Assembly: GCA_964471035.1 (NCBI GenBank)
Contig: CAYYFY010000001.1
Location: 1 to 25,704, forward strand
Reading direction: 5' to 3'
Length of the DNA: 25,704 nt
Origin: an uncultured Eubacteriales bacterium
Lineage (GTDB): Bacteria > Bacillota > Clostridia > Oscillospirales > Acutalibacteraceae
Shown here: positions 6,343 to 14,836 of the stretch, piece after piece
How the letters are laid out: each line of letters opens with the position of its first letter
Numbering within the stretch: the stretch's first letter is position 1
Position numbers and translations under genes: made by a program
Notes under the pieces: model-generated
Database searches by the model: none
The model's input: the letters and a program-made list of their open reading frames with translations, nothing else
Told to the model about the DNA's origin: nothing

Positions 6343-8552
6343 CGCGATGCTCCTTTTTCAATCAATTCACAAGTGCCGTCAATAGCTGTATACCATACGT
6401 TTTCGGTCAGATACAGGGCTTTGGTATAATATTTTGTTCCGGATTTGCTGAATCCTCCGGTGATGACGATCCGTTTCGGAACACAGTGCTGTAGGTTGAG
6501 CGGCAGACCGCCGGAACAGATCAGCGCGTCGAATGTCCCGAACGATGCCGTCATGACCTTCATATCGTTTTCAGCCGACAGGGAAACAAGGTATCGTCTG
6601 CCGCCTGAGTCAATTATAACACATTTCGCGGCGTCTGTATCGTTATAGTATAAATTTATTTCGTTCCATAGGAAATACCGCGCCGTGGGACAGACCTCCA
6701 CGGTCGTTCCGAATAAAGCGGTATTTTCACGGTATACGGCGGCAGCCGTGAAAACCGTTTTTGGCGCGTAGGTCTCTACAAGCGTCTTGTAGCTTTCGGC
6801 ACAAAAGCTGCCGGGTATGACGAGCAGCAGGTCAAGGTCGGTCGTCGGAAGAGCGGGGACGCTGCCCGCTACAGCTCTCTCAAAGCCCGCGCTGTCACGC
6901 GGACAGGCAATCAGCGCGTAGTGGCTGCCGCTCTGCAGTACGATTACCGGCGTACCGGCGGCTTTCAGTACGTGTACGCGTATGTTTTTATAAGAGGGCA
7001 GCAGCGCGCCGATGTTTCCGGCGACAAAAAACAAAAGGCAGAGTATGGATACCGCCGCGAGCGGCAGGCGCGTTTTTCTGCGTATCCATATCACCCACGC
7101 CGCCAGCATTAAAAGCAGCGTCGATACAAACCAGAACGCCCAGACAGTTTCATCGACGGGCAAAGCGGCGTACCGTAAGGAGCCGAGCTTATTAACGCAG
7201 TCGAGCACAAGCCCCGAAAACAGATTGCACAGGGCAAACCAGAGGTTGGCGACGGGTTTTAGCAGGCTTACATAGGAAAGAAGCACGCCCGTGCCGCCGA
7301 ACACCGTAATCAGAGACGCTAAGCTCATGACCGCGAGATTCGTCACCGGCGCGATGAGCGAGACGCGCCCGAACGCCTCCACCATGACCGGCAGCGTAAA
7401 AATAAAGGCGGTCAGCGTGATGATGACGATGTCGCCGGTGTAGCGGACAAAGCGTTTTATGGGCACAAAACGCAATGACGCCGTTTTCGCCGCGAAGCCG
7501 CTCATCAGCGCCTGTCCTAAACTCACGATGCCCAGCGTCGCGGTGACCGAAAGCTGAAAGCCTATTGACAGCACGGCAAACGGATTGACGCAGGTAATCG
7601 CGCAAACCGCTAAGCCCAGCGAGTTGAGCGCGTCGCCGCGCCTTTTAAAAAACGGCGCGCACAGGATGACGGCAAGCATCGCCGAGGCGCGTAAAATCGA
7701 CGGGCTAAAGCCCGTAAGCGCCGAAAAGAACACGAGAAATCCCATGGAAAGAGTATTGGCTAGCCTGCCTCCCAAGCCGAAAACCGTCAAAAAGGCGATG
7801 ATAAACGCCGTCCACAGCGACACGTTGAAGCCCGATACCGCGAGCAGGTGCGCCGCACCGCTATTGTTGAACGCCGCGGCTGTCTTTGCGGAGATGTAGC
7901 CGGTATCGCCCATCACCATGGCGATGACTACACCCGCGCGGTCGCCGCTCAAATAGGACTGCGCCGTCTCGATGATGTTTTCACGCAGCTTCAGTATATA
8001 CCAGAACGGCGTTTTCGAACAGGAGAAGAGCACCTGCGGCGTATCCTGTGCGTAAGCCGCCAGATAAATTTTACGCGCCAAAAAACTTTCTGAAATATCA
8101 CCTTTCTCGTTTTTGGGAACAAAAACAGCCGCGTCGTTGACCGAAATGCAGTCAAAATATGTACACTCGAGCGGCTCTTCGGTATAATACAGGAGCTTTT
8201 GCTTTGTAAACTCCTCACCGATGGAAAACGTTTTGATCTCGTAGCCGTAGCCGTTGTCGTATGTGTACGGCAAAGAGACGACCTTGCCCGTAAAAGCCGT
8301 CGCTCCGTCGAAGCGCGCCGCCGGCATATACGAAAACCGCCAGAACAGCAAGAAAAGTACCGCCGACAGCAGGACGGCGCCTGCGGCAAGCGGTAATTCA
8401 AAAACAGATCTTAGCCTTTTAGCGACAATATAGATAATTAGTGCCACCACAGAAGCGCCCAAAGCGGCATACGCCGCAACAAAGCCGAGCTTACAGCACA
8501 AAAACAGAACGGCGGCGAATGAAAAACCGAATACGCACATCGGTCTCGCCAA
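6315..8552 (-). CDS. comEC: ComEC/Rec2 DNA-uptake channel with a degenerate C-terminal metallo-beta-lactamase-like domain
   Basis: Many TM segments, HLLAVSGFNV, PSILRASAM, SIGFQLSVTATLGI, NLAVMSL. TTG start with GAGGTGA SD; comEC-holA synteny. Confidence 0.88.
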   Translation of the reverse strand: MARPMCVFGFSFAAVLFLCCKLGFVAAYAALGASVVALIIYIVAKRLRSVFELPLAAGAVLLSAVLFLLFWRFSYMPAARFDGATAFTGKVVSLPYTYDNGYGYEIKTFSIGEEFTKQKLLYYTEEPLECTYFDCISVNDAAVFVPKNEKGDISESFLARKIYLAAYAQDTPQVLFSCSKTPFWYILKLRENIIETAQSYLSGDRAGVVIAMVMGDTGYISAKTAAAFNNSGAAHLLAVSGFNVSLWTAFIIAFLTVFGLGGRLANTLSMGFLVFFSALTGFSPSILRASAMLAVILCAPFFKRRGDALNSLGLAVCAITCVNPFAVLSIGFQLSVTATLGIVSLGQALMSGFAAKTASLRFVPIKRFVRYTGDIVIITLTAFIFTLPVMVEAFGRVSLIAPVTNLAVMSLASLITVFGGTGVLLSYVSLLKPVANLWFALCNLFSGLVLDCVNKLGSLRYAALPVDETVWAFWFVSTLLLMLAAWVIWIRRKTRLPLAAVSILCLLFFVAGNIGALLPSYKNIRVHVLKAAGTPVIVLQSGSHYALIACPRDSAGFERAVAGSVPALPTTDLDLLLVIPGSFCAESYKTLVETYAPKTVFTAAAVYRENTALFGTTVEVCPTARYFLWNEINLYYNDTDAAKCVIIDSGGRRYLVSLSAENDMKVMTASFGTFDALICSGGLPLNLQHCVPKRIVITGGFSKSGTKYYTKALYLTENVWYTAIDGTCELIEKGASRWDASTKTN

Positions 8553-8584
8553 ATCATCACCTCATAAAAGTAAGAGAGGGGGAA

Positions 8585-8923
8585 TCAACCCGGAGGCCAT
8601 GTAAAATCACGCCCGCCGAGCAGATGAAAATGCAAATGTTTGACGCTTTGACCCGCGCTGTCCCCGCAGTTGGTGACAACCCGAAAGCCGTCCTTCAATC
8701 CAAGCGTATCGGCTAAAGAAGCGGCAACCTCAAAAATCCGCGCGACGACGGCGCTGTTATCCGCGTTGATCTGCGCCGCGGACGTGATATGCGTTTTCGG
8801 AATCAGCAGAACGTGAACGGGCGCCTGCGGGCTGAGATCGTAAAAGCCTAAAACCGTGTCATCCTCGTAGACTTTATTTGAGGGAATCTCCCCCGCGGCG
8901 ATTTTACAGAAGATACAATCCAT
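8585..8923 (-). CDS. hinT: HIT-family (histidine triad) nucleotide-binding protein
   Basis: MDCIFCKI, PQAPVHVLLIPKTH, HLHFH triad, WPPG end. Confidence 0.95.
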   Translation of the reverse strand: MDCIFCKIAAGEIPSNKVYEDDTVLGFYDLSPQAPVHVLLIPKTHITSAAQINADNSAVVARIFEVAASLADTLGLKDGFRVVTNCGDSAGQSVKHLHFHLLGGRDFTWPPG

Positions 8924-8926
8924 CGT

Positions 8927-11566
8927 TTAACCTCCCAGCATGGTTTTTAGTATACCCTCGGCGGCGGCGAGCGCGTCGCCGAGCTTTGTGACGTCTTTGC
9001 CGCCCGCCATGGCGCTGTCGGGCTTTCCGCCGCCCGAGCCGCCCGCGATTTTGGCTATTTCGCGGACAAGATTTCCGGCGTGCGCGCCTTTTTTAATCGC
9101 GTCTTCGCCGCAGAAACAGACAAACGACAGCGTGCCCTTTTCACTCTGGCGCGCGCCGACGACCGCGACAATATCGCCGCCCTTGTCCTTCGCGCCGTCG
9201 CATACGGCGCGAAGCGCGTCCGCCTGAGCCTCGCCCATATCGGCGGCAAAGAGCTTAATACCGGCAATTTCGATGGGTGTTGAAAGGATGTCCGCCGTCT
9301 TCGATCTGGCGATCTCGCCTTTCAGTGCGGCTATTTCCCTGTCGGCGCTTTTTAGGTCCGCCGCAAGTTTTTGCGCCTTGTCGGGCAATTCGGACAGGTT
9401 GTTTGTTTTGAACGCCGCCGCGATTTTTAGCAGCTCGTTTTCCCTTTCGCGGATAAAGTTAAGCGCGTTTATGCCCGTTACGCCCTCGATGCGGCGTACG
9501 CCCGCGGCGACCGAGGACTCCGCGGTTATCTTGAATAATCCGAGCTCGCCGGTGTTTTCCGCGTGGGTGCCGCCGCACAGCTCGGCGGAATACGCGCCGC
9601 AGCGCACGACGCGCACGGTTTCGCCGTATTTTTCGGAGAACAGCGCCGTCGCGCCGGAGGCCTTCGCCTGTTCTGCAGACATTTCCTCTGAGATAACCGG
9701 CGACGCGGTCAGGATAACCTCGTTGACGCGGTTTTCAACGGCGGTCAGCTCGTCCTTTGTCAGCGCGGCAAAATGCGAAAAGTCAAAGCGGACGACGTCC
9801 GGCGACACATACTGCCCCGCCTGCGCGACATGGGCGCCGAGCACACTTTTCAGCGCCGCCTGTAAAAGATGGGCGGCGGTATGGTTGCGCCTTGTCGCAA
9901 GGCGTTTATCTGTATCAATCGTACAAGTGACACTGCCGCCGACGCGCAGCGCGCCCGCAGTGAGAGTGCCGTGATGGAGATATACCCCCGACGCGGTTTT
10001 CTGTACGCCGGACACCGTAAAGACGGCGTCTTTTGCTGTGATGACGCCGTTATCGGCGATTTGCCCGCCGCTCTCGGCATAGAACGGCGTTTTGTCGGTG
10101 ACGACCACACCTTCGCCGCAGGACGGCAGCTCATCGACCGGCTCGCCGTCTGAAAGCAGCATTACAATTTGTGACTGTGTTTTTGTTTCCTCATAGCCCG
10201 TAAACACCGTCGGCGGGGTATCGCCTATAGAAAGCGATTCGTTTTTCCACGCCTCGGCACCGGCGTCCTTGCGCGCGGCGCGCGCCGTCTGTCTGGCGTT
10301 TTCCGCAAGACGGGCAAAGCTCTCCCCGTCAACGGTCATACTATTCTCAGCGAGGATTTCCTTGGTCAGATCAAGCGGGAAGCCGTAAGTGTCCTGTAAT
10401 TTGAACGCGTCGGCGCCGGACAGCGTTTTGCCGTCGGACACCTTTATCATGTCATTGAGCAACGCAAGACCGCTGTCGATGGTTTTCCCGAAGCTCTCTT
10501 CCTCCATGGCGATAATTTTAATAAGGTAGCTTTCCTTTTCAGTAAGCTCCGGATACGCCGTCTTGTTCTCGTGAATGACCGTCGGGACTATCTCCGACAA
10601 AAATGGCTTTTCGATACCCAAAAGCCGCCCGTGCCGTGCCGCGCGGCGCAGCAGACGGCGCAGTACATACCCCCTGCCGACATTGGAGGGCAGCACGCCG
10701 TCGGCAATCAGAAAGACGGTGCTGCGGATATGATCGGTGATGACGCGCAGCGACATATCGCTTTTCGGGTCGTCGTGATACGCCTTGCCGGCGATGGCGG
10801 ACACTTTATTCATGAGGACTAGCATGGTGTCAACCTCAAAGAGGTTGTCCGCTCCCTGCATGACGCACGCCAGACGCTCAAGCCCCATTCCCGTATCGAT
10901 GTTGGGGCTTTTAAGGCGCGTGTAGTTATTGTTCCCGTCGTTTTCAAACTGGGTAAATACGAGGTTCCAGACCTCGACGTAGCGGTCACAGTCACAGCCG
11001 ACCTTGCAATCGGGAGAACCGCAGCCGTATTTTTCGCCGCGGTCGAAATAGATTTCCGAAGAAGGACCGCACGGACCCGCGCCGTGCTCCCAAAAATTAT
11101 CCTCACGCCCGAGGCGCGCCATGTGCGACTCATCGACGCCGACTTCCTTTGTCCAGATGTCATACGCCTCGTCGTCCTCGTTGAACACGCTGGGGTATAG
11201 CCTGTCCGCCGGAATCTTCAACACCGCGGTAAAATATTCCCACGCCCACATAATCGCCTCGCGCTTGAAGTAATCGCCGAAGGAAAAGTTGCCGAGCATC
11301 TCAAAATACGTGCCGTGGCGCGCGGTTTTGCCCACGCGCTCGATATCGGGGGTGCGTACGCACTTCTGGCAGGAGGTGCAGCGCCCGCGCGGCGGCGTTA
11401 CCTCTCCTGTAAAATATTTTTTCAGTGGCGCCATACCGGCGTTGATGAGCAGCAGACTCTTGTCCCCCTGCGGGATTAAAGAGGCGCTGGGTAAGCGCAG
11501 ATGCCCCTTGCTCTCGAAGAATGAGAGATACGACTCCCGCAGCTCGTTTAAGCCTGTCCACTCCAT
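8927..11566 (-). CDS. alaS: Alanine--tRNA ligase
   Basis: LLLINAGMAPLK, HGTYFEMLGNFSFGDYFK, IDTGMGLER, editing motifs HTAAH and ELCGGTH, C-terminal GGSGGG. Start could be 11566, 11572 or 11575. Confidence 0.98.
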   Translation of the reverse strand: MEWTGLNELRESYLSFFESKGHLRLPSASLIPQGDKSLLLINAGMAPLKKYFTGEVTPPRGRCTSCQKCVRTPDIERVGKTARHGTYFEMLGNFSFGDYFKREAIMWAWEYFTAVLKIPADRLYPSVFNEDDEAYDIWTKEVGVDESHMARLGREDNFWEHGAGPCGPSSEIYFDRGEKYGCGSPDCKVGCDCDRYVEVWNLVFTQFENDGNNNYTRLKSPNIDTGMGLERLACVMQGADNLFEVDTMLVLMNKVSAIAGKAYHDDPKSDMSLRVITDHIRSTVFLIADGVLPSNVGRGYVLRRLLRRAARHGRLLGIEKPFLSEIVPTVIHENKTAYPELTEKESYLIKIIAMEEESFGKTIDSGLALLNDMIKVSDGKTLSGADAFKLQDTYGFPLDLTKEILAENSMTVDGESFARLAENARQTARAARKDAGAEAWKNESLSIGDTPPTVFTGYEETKTQSQIVMLLSDGEPVDELPSCGEGVVVTDKTPFYAESGGQIADNGVITAKDAVFTVSGVQKTASGVYLHHGTLTAGALRVGGSVTCTIDTDKRLATRRNHTAAHLLQAALKSVLGAHVAQAGQYVSPDVVRFDFSHFAALTKDELTAVENRVNEVILTASPVISEEMSAEQAKASGATALFSEKYGETVRVVRCGAYSAELCGGTHAENTGELGLFKITAESSVAAGVRRIEGVTGINALNFIRERENELLKIAAAFKTNNLSELPDKAQKLAADLKSADREIAALKGEIARSKTADILSTPIEIAGIKLFAADMGEAQADALRAVCDGAKDKGGDIVAVVGARQSEKGTLSFVCFCGEDAIKKGAHAGNLVREIAKIAGGSGGGKPDSAMAGGKDVTKLGDALAAAEGILKTMLGG

Positions 11567-11602
11567 AAACATCAACCCTTACCTTCCGGAAAATATGCCC
11601 AA

Positions 11603-11631
11603 AGTATACACCGACAAAGAATAAAAGTCAA
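11603..11631 (-). promoter_or_regulatory. SigA-type promoter for alaS and probably the downstream run
   Basis: TTGACT (11626-11631), 17 nt, TATACT (11603-11608). Confidence 0.75.
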
Positions 11632-11644
11632 TAATACCGCGGAC

Positions 11645-13093
11645 TCACTGCGCCCCTTTATAACCGTTTTTTTCAGCGTGTCCCAGCAGATAGAGAAAGG
11701 CAAACGCCGGTATCCGCAGGATACGGCTTTTGTTTGACGCGGTTTGAATCCCGTAATCTTCCGCGTTTTTTGTGATGATTATGGACGCGCTTGCCTCACC
11801 GCTCAGCTGACAAATGGCATCTTCGTCTTTAACCGTCGCTTGCTCGCGGTACTTAACTTCGATTAAAATATTTTTAATTTTCGGATATTCGACCACAATG
11901 TCAATTTCTTTGTTTTTACTGCCGCCCCGATAATACCCGACGCGCGTCGCCTTTTGATAATAAAACGCGGCGACATGTTTGTATACGGCTGTTTCCGCGA
12001 TTTTCCCCATCTGCGCCGCGTTTGTCAGAATATCGTCGTCCATCAGCACGGCATTGCGGATGGCGGCGTCGGCGATATAAATTTTCGGCTTGGATTTTAA
12101 AACCTTTTTGCCCGACATGGCGATTGGCTGGCTTAGGTAAATGAGATTGGCGCTTTCAAGATATTGAATATAGTTTTCAACGGTTGGACGGCTAACCCCT
12201 TCAAGCTCCTTGGCAATCGCTTCGACGGACACAATTTCCGAGGATACATTACAAAGATATAAAAAGATTCTTTCAAGCTCCGTGGCGTTCCGGATATTGT
12301 ACAAAGCCGGCAAATCTCTTTTGAGCACCTTGTCGACAATATCCTCCCGCATAATCTGTTGAGCGATCACATCGTTTGCCGCCAACGCAAGCTCCGGGAA
12401 ACCGCCCACCTGTAAAAAACGCGTAAAATAATTCTGAACCGACGACAGCTTCATCATTTGCGCCGTTTGTTCCTGCCGCGTCATCGTTAAAAACGATGTG
12501 GGACGTAGATTTTTCGGGAGGTTTGGCTCCTCAACCTTCATCAGAGCGCAGTATTCATAAAAGGATAATGTCGGAACCTTTTGGACTGTCCATCTTCCCG
12601 CTCCGCTCTCCATGCTTCCCCTTACCAGCGCCGGACTTGCCGAGCCGGTGGCGACAACTCTTGTATCGGGCTGCATATCGTAAATGGTTTTCAGCCATGA
12701 AGCCCAGTCCTCGGCGTATTGGATTTCGTCGAAAAAGTAATACGCATCCTGCGCCGGATAAATATCCTCCCGATAACATTCAAGAATATCGTTCATCCCC
12801 GCCAGCTTCAGCATCGGGTGATCCATTGACACAAAAACAATCCGCGTCGGAGGAACGCCGTTCTTCAGCAGCGCGTCGATCATTTGATACTGAATGGTTG
12901 TTTTCCCCACGCGCCGCGTTCCCGTCAGCACGACTGTGCGCCGGATATCGTTTTGCGCGAGTGTTTTCATAGCTTCATAATACGCGAGCCGTTTATAGTC
13001 TTTTGTCAGCGAGGGACTGACAAAACCGCTTTTCCACCATGGATTATAAGCGTTTAATACCTTTAACAAACCTTCACGAGTGGTAACCGGCAT
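11645..13093 (-). CDS. COG1373-type AAA+ ATPase (AAA_14) with winged-helix and DUF4143 PD-(D/E)XK-like C-terminus
   Basis: Walker A GTRRVGKT, Walker B YFFDEIQ, ATGSAS, GGFPE, wHTH-like VEAIAKELEGVSRPTVENYIQYL, KEIDIVV..IEVKY. Confidence 0.88.
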   Translation of the reverse strand: MPVTTREGLLKVLNAYNPWWKSGFVSPSLTKDYKRLAYYEAMKTLAQNDIRRTVVLTGTRRVGKTTIQYQMIDALLKNGVPPTRIVFVSMDHPMLKLAGMNDILECYREDIYPAQDAYYFFDEIQYAEDWASWLKTIYDMQPDTRVVATGSASPALVRGSMESGAGRWTVQKVPTLSFYEYCALMKVEEPNLPKNLRPTSFLTMTRQEQTAQMMKLSSVQNYFTRFLQVGGFPELALAANDVIAQQIMREDIVDKVLKRDLPALYNIRNATELERIFLYLCNVSSEIVSVEAIAKELEGVSRPTVENYIQYLESANLIYLSQPIAMSGKKVLKSKPKIYIADAAIRNAVLMDDDILTNAAQMGKIAETAVYKHVAAFYYQKATRVGYYRGGSKNKEIDIVVEYPKIKNILIEVKYREQATVKDEDAICQLSGEASASIIITKNAEDYGIQTASNKSRILRIPAFAFLYLLGHAEKNGYKGAQ

Positions 13094-13112
13094 TCTTCAT
13101 CACCTCAAACGT

Positions 13113-13141
13113 ATTATAAAGTCAATATGTATTTTTGTCAA
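13113..13141 (-). promoter_or_regulatory. Perfect-consensus SigA promoter of the AAA+ gene
   Basis: TTGACA (13136-13141), 17 nt, TATAAT (13113-13118); SD GAGGTGA at 13100-13106. Confidence 0.85.
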
Positions 13142-13151
13142 GATTTATTTA

Positions 13152-13195
13152 AAGTATACTTAGTATTTATATTTATTTATTTCAAAGTATACTTT
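13152..13195. promoter_or_regulatory. Paired palindromic operator-like boxes
   Basis: AAGTATACTT (13152-13161) and AAAGTATACTTT (13184-13195), centres 33 bp apart, upstream of the -35. Confidence 0.45.
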
Positions 13196-13201
13196 ATTTT
13201 A

Positions 13202-13642
13202 TTACTTCGACTGCCACTTGAATAATAAAATTCCCGCCACGCATAAACCCAGCCCGAGCAGCTTTTTCATCTCGAAACCGGCTTTGTCTACGCCGAACGC
13301 GCCGAACAGCTCGACGAGATAGGCGACTAAAAGCTGCGAAACGACGATGATCATGACCGCCTGCGCGGGACCTAAGGCGTCCATGCCGCGGATGACCGTA
13401 TAGGTAATCGCCGCGCCCATGACCCCGCCGAGCAGCATATACTTGCCGTCGATGTGCAAAAGCGCCGAGAACGAGCTTTCAAAGCCCGTCGCCGCCCATG
13501 CGGCGATACAGACGATAAGCGCCGAAAACTGGACAAAGGAAGCGGACACCCAGATGGACGTCTGCTTGGTGACGCCGGCGTTAAAGATGCCCTGCAGGCT
13601 CATGAGAGCCCCTGAAATGATGGCGATGAAAACTCCGAGCAT
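13202..13642 (-). CDS. DMT-superfamily small membrane transporter (YdcZ/DUF606-like)
   Basis: 146 aa with about 5 TM segments; SLQGIFNA, YMLLGGVMGA, SQLLVAYLVELFG. Confidence 0.8.
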   Translation of the reverse strand: MLGVFIAIISGALMSLQGIFNAGVTKQTSIWVSASFVQFSALIVCIAAWAATGFESSFSALLHIDGKYMLLGGVMGAAITYTVIRGMDALGPAQAVMIIVVSQLLVAYLVELFGAFGVDKAGFEMKKLLGLGLCVAGILLFKWQSK

Positions 13643-13679
13643 AAAAAAACCCCTTTACGCTACTTTGCCCGCGTAAAGG
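13643..13679 (-). terminator. Intrinsic terminator after ychF overlapping the DMT ribosome-binding site
   Basis: Minus strand CCTTTACGC-10 nt-GCGTAAAGG, then GG, T7 and the DMT ATG directly. Confidence 0.65.
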
Positions 13680-13697
13680 AGAATTATGAGAATAAAT

Positions 13698-14792
13698 TCA
13701 GACATTAAAACGGAATAAAACGACGTCGCCGTCCTGCATGACGTACTCCTTGCCCTCGGAGCGGACGAGTCCCTTTTCCTTGGCGGCGGCGAGCGAGCCG
13801 CACTCGATGAGCGTCCCGTACGGGATGACCTCGGCGCGGATAAAGCCGCGCTCAAAATCGGTGTGGATTTTACCTGCCGCCTGCGGGGCTTTCGTGCCTT
13901 TTTTAATCGTCCACGCGCGTACCTCGGGCTGTCCGGCGGTCAGAAAGGACATCAGTCCTAAAAGGTCATAGCTGCGCTGTACAAGCAGATCGAGTCCGCC
14001 CGCGCTGACGCCCAGCTCCGACAAAAACATCTCACGCTCGTCGGCGGGCAGTTCGGCGATTTGCGCCTCAAGCTCGGCGCAGATGGGCAGCACCTCGCCG
14101 CCCTCGTCCTTTGCCAGCGCGCAAACGGCGTTATAGCGCGCGTTTGTCTTGATGTCGGCGGCAAAGTCAGCCTCGCTCATGTTGCAGGCATAGATAACGG
14201 GCTTTGAGGAGAGCAGCGCGACGGTGTCGAGTATCTCCTTCTCCCCGTCGGTCATTTCGACCGCCCGCGCGCAGACGCCGTCGTTGAGCTCTTTCATCAT
14301 CCGCTCCAAAAATCCAAGCTCCGCGCCGAGATTCTTATCGCCCTTCATCGCCTTCTGCGTGCGGTCGATACGCCGCGCGAGCACCTCGACGTCGGACAAA
14401 ATCAGCTCTAAATTGATCGTCTCAATATCGCGCTTCGGGTCGATGCTGCCCTCAACGTGGACGATGTCGTCGTTGTCAAAGCAGCGCACGACATGGACAA
14501 TGGCGTCCACCTCGCGAATATGCGATAAAAATTTATTACCCAGTCCCTCGCCCTTCGACGCGCCCTTCACAAGCCCCGCGATGTCGAGAAACTCGATGGT
14601 CGCGGGCGTCACTTTGAGCGGCGAGTACAGCTCCGCGAGCAAGTCAAGCCGCTTGTCCGGCACGCTGACGACGCCGACGTTGGGCTCGATGGTGCAAAAG
14701 GCGTAGTTAGCCGCCTGCGCTCCGGCGTTTGTCAGAGCGTTAAAAAGCGTGCTCTTGCCGACATTGGGCAAACCGACGATCCCGAGTTTCAT
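13698..14792 (-). CDS. ychF: Redox-regulated ATPase YchF (OBG family)
   Basis: GIVGLPNVGKST, FCTIEPN, DIAGLVKGAS.GEGLGNKFL, TGS-like C-terminus YVMQDGDVVLFRFNV. Confidence 0.97.
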   Translation of the reverse strand: MKLGIVGLPNVGKSTLFNALTNAGAQAANYAFCTIEPNVGVVSVPDKRLDLLAELYSPLKVTPATIEFLDIAGLVKGASKGEGLGNKFLSHIREVDAIVHVVRCFDNDDIVHVEGSIDPKRDIETINLELILSDVEVLARRIDRTQKAMKGDKNLGAELGFLERMMKELNDGVCARAVEMTDGEKEILDTVALLSSKPVIYACNMSEADFAADIKTNARYNAVCALAKDEGGEVLPICAELEAQIAELPADEREMFLSELGVSAGGLDLLVQRSYDLLGLMSFLTAGQPEVRAWTIKKGTKAPQAAGKIHTDFERGFIRAEVIPYGTLIECGSLAAAKEKGLVRSEGKEYVMQDGDVVLFRFNV

Positions 14793-14836
14793 AAAATCAA
14801 TCCTTTTTATTCATTAAAATCCGCTTGACATCAGCC

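Noticed and set aside
9273-9974. 233-aa ORF antisense to alaS (also 20622-21452 opposite proA, 24350-25117 opposite the hydrolase, and other short overlapping ORFs)
   Set aside because: Shadow ORFs expected opposite or within GC-rich coding genes; no motifs or convincing SD.
11601-11610. Third copy of the AAGTATACTT palindrome at the alaS promoter
   Set aside because: Only a partial match, fully explained by the TATACT -10 element.
11576-11644. T-box riboswitch upstream of alaS (also checked upstream of proB)
   Set aside because: The leaders are too short and have no T-box motif or terminator.
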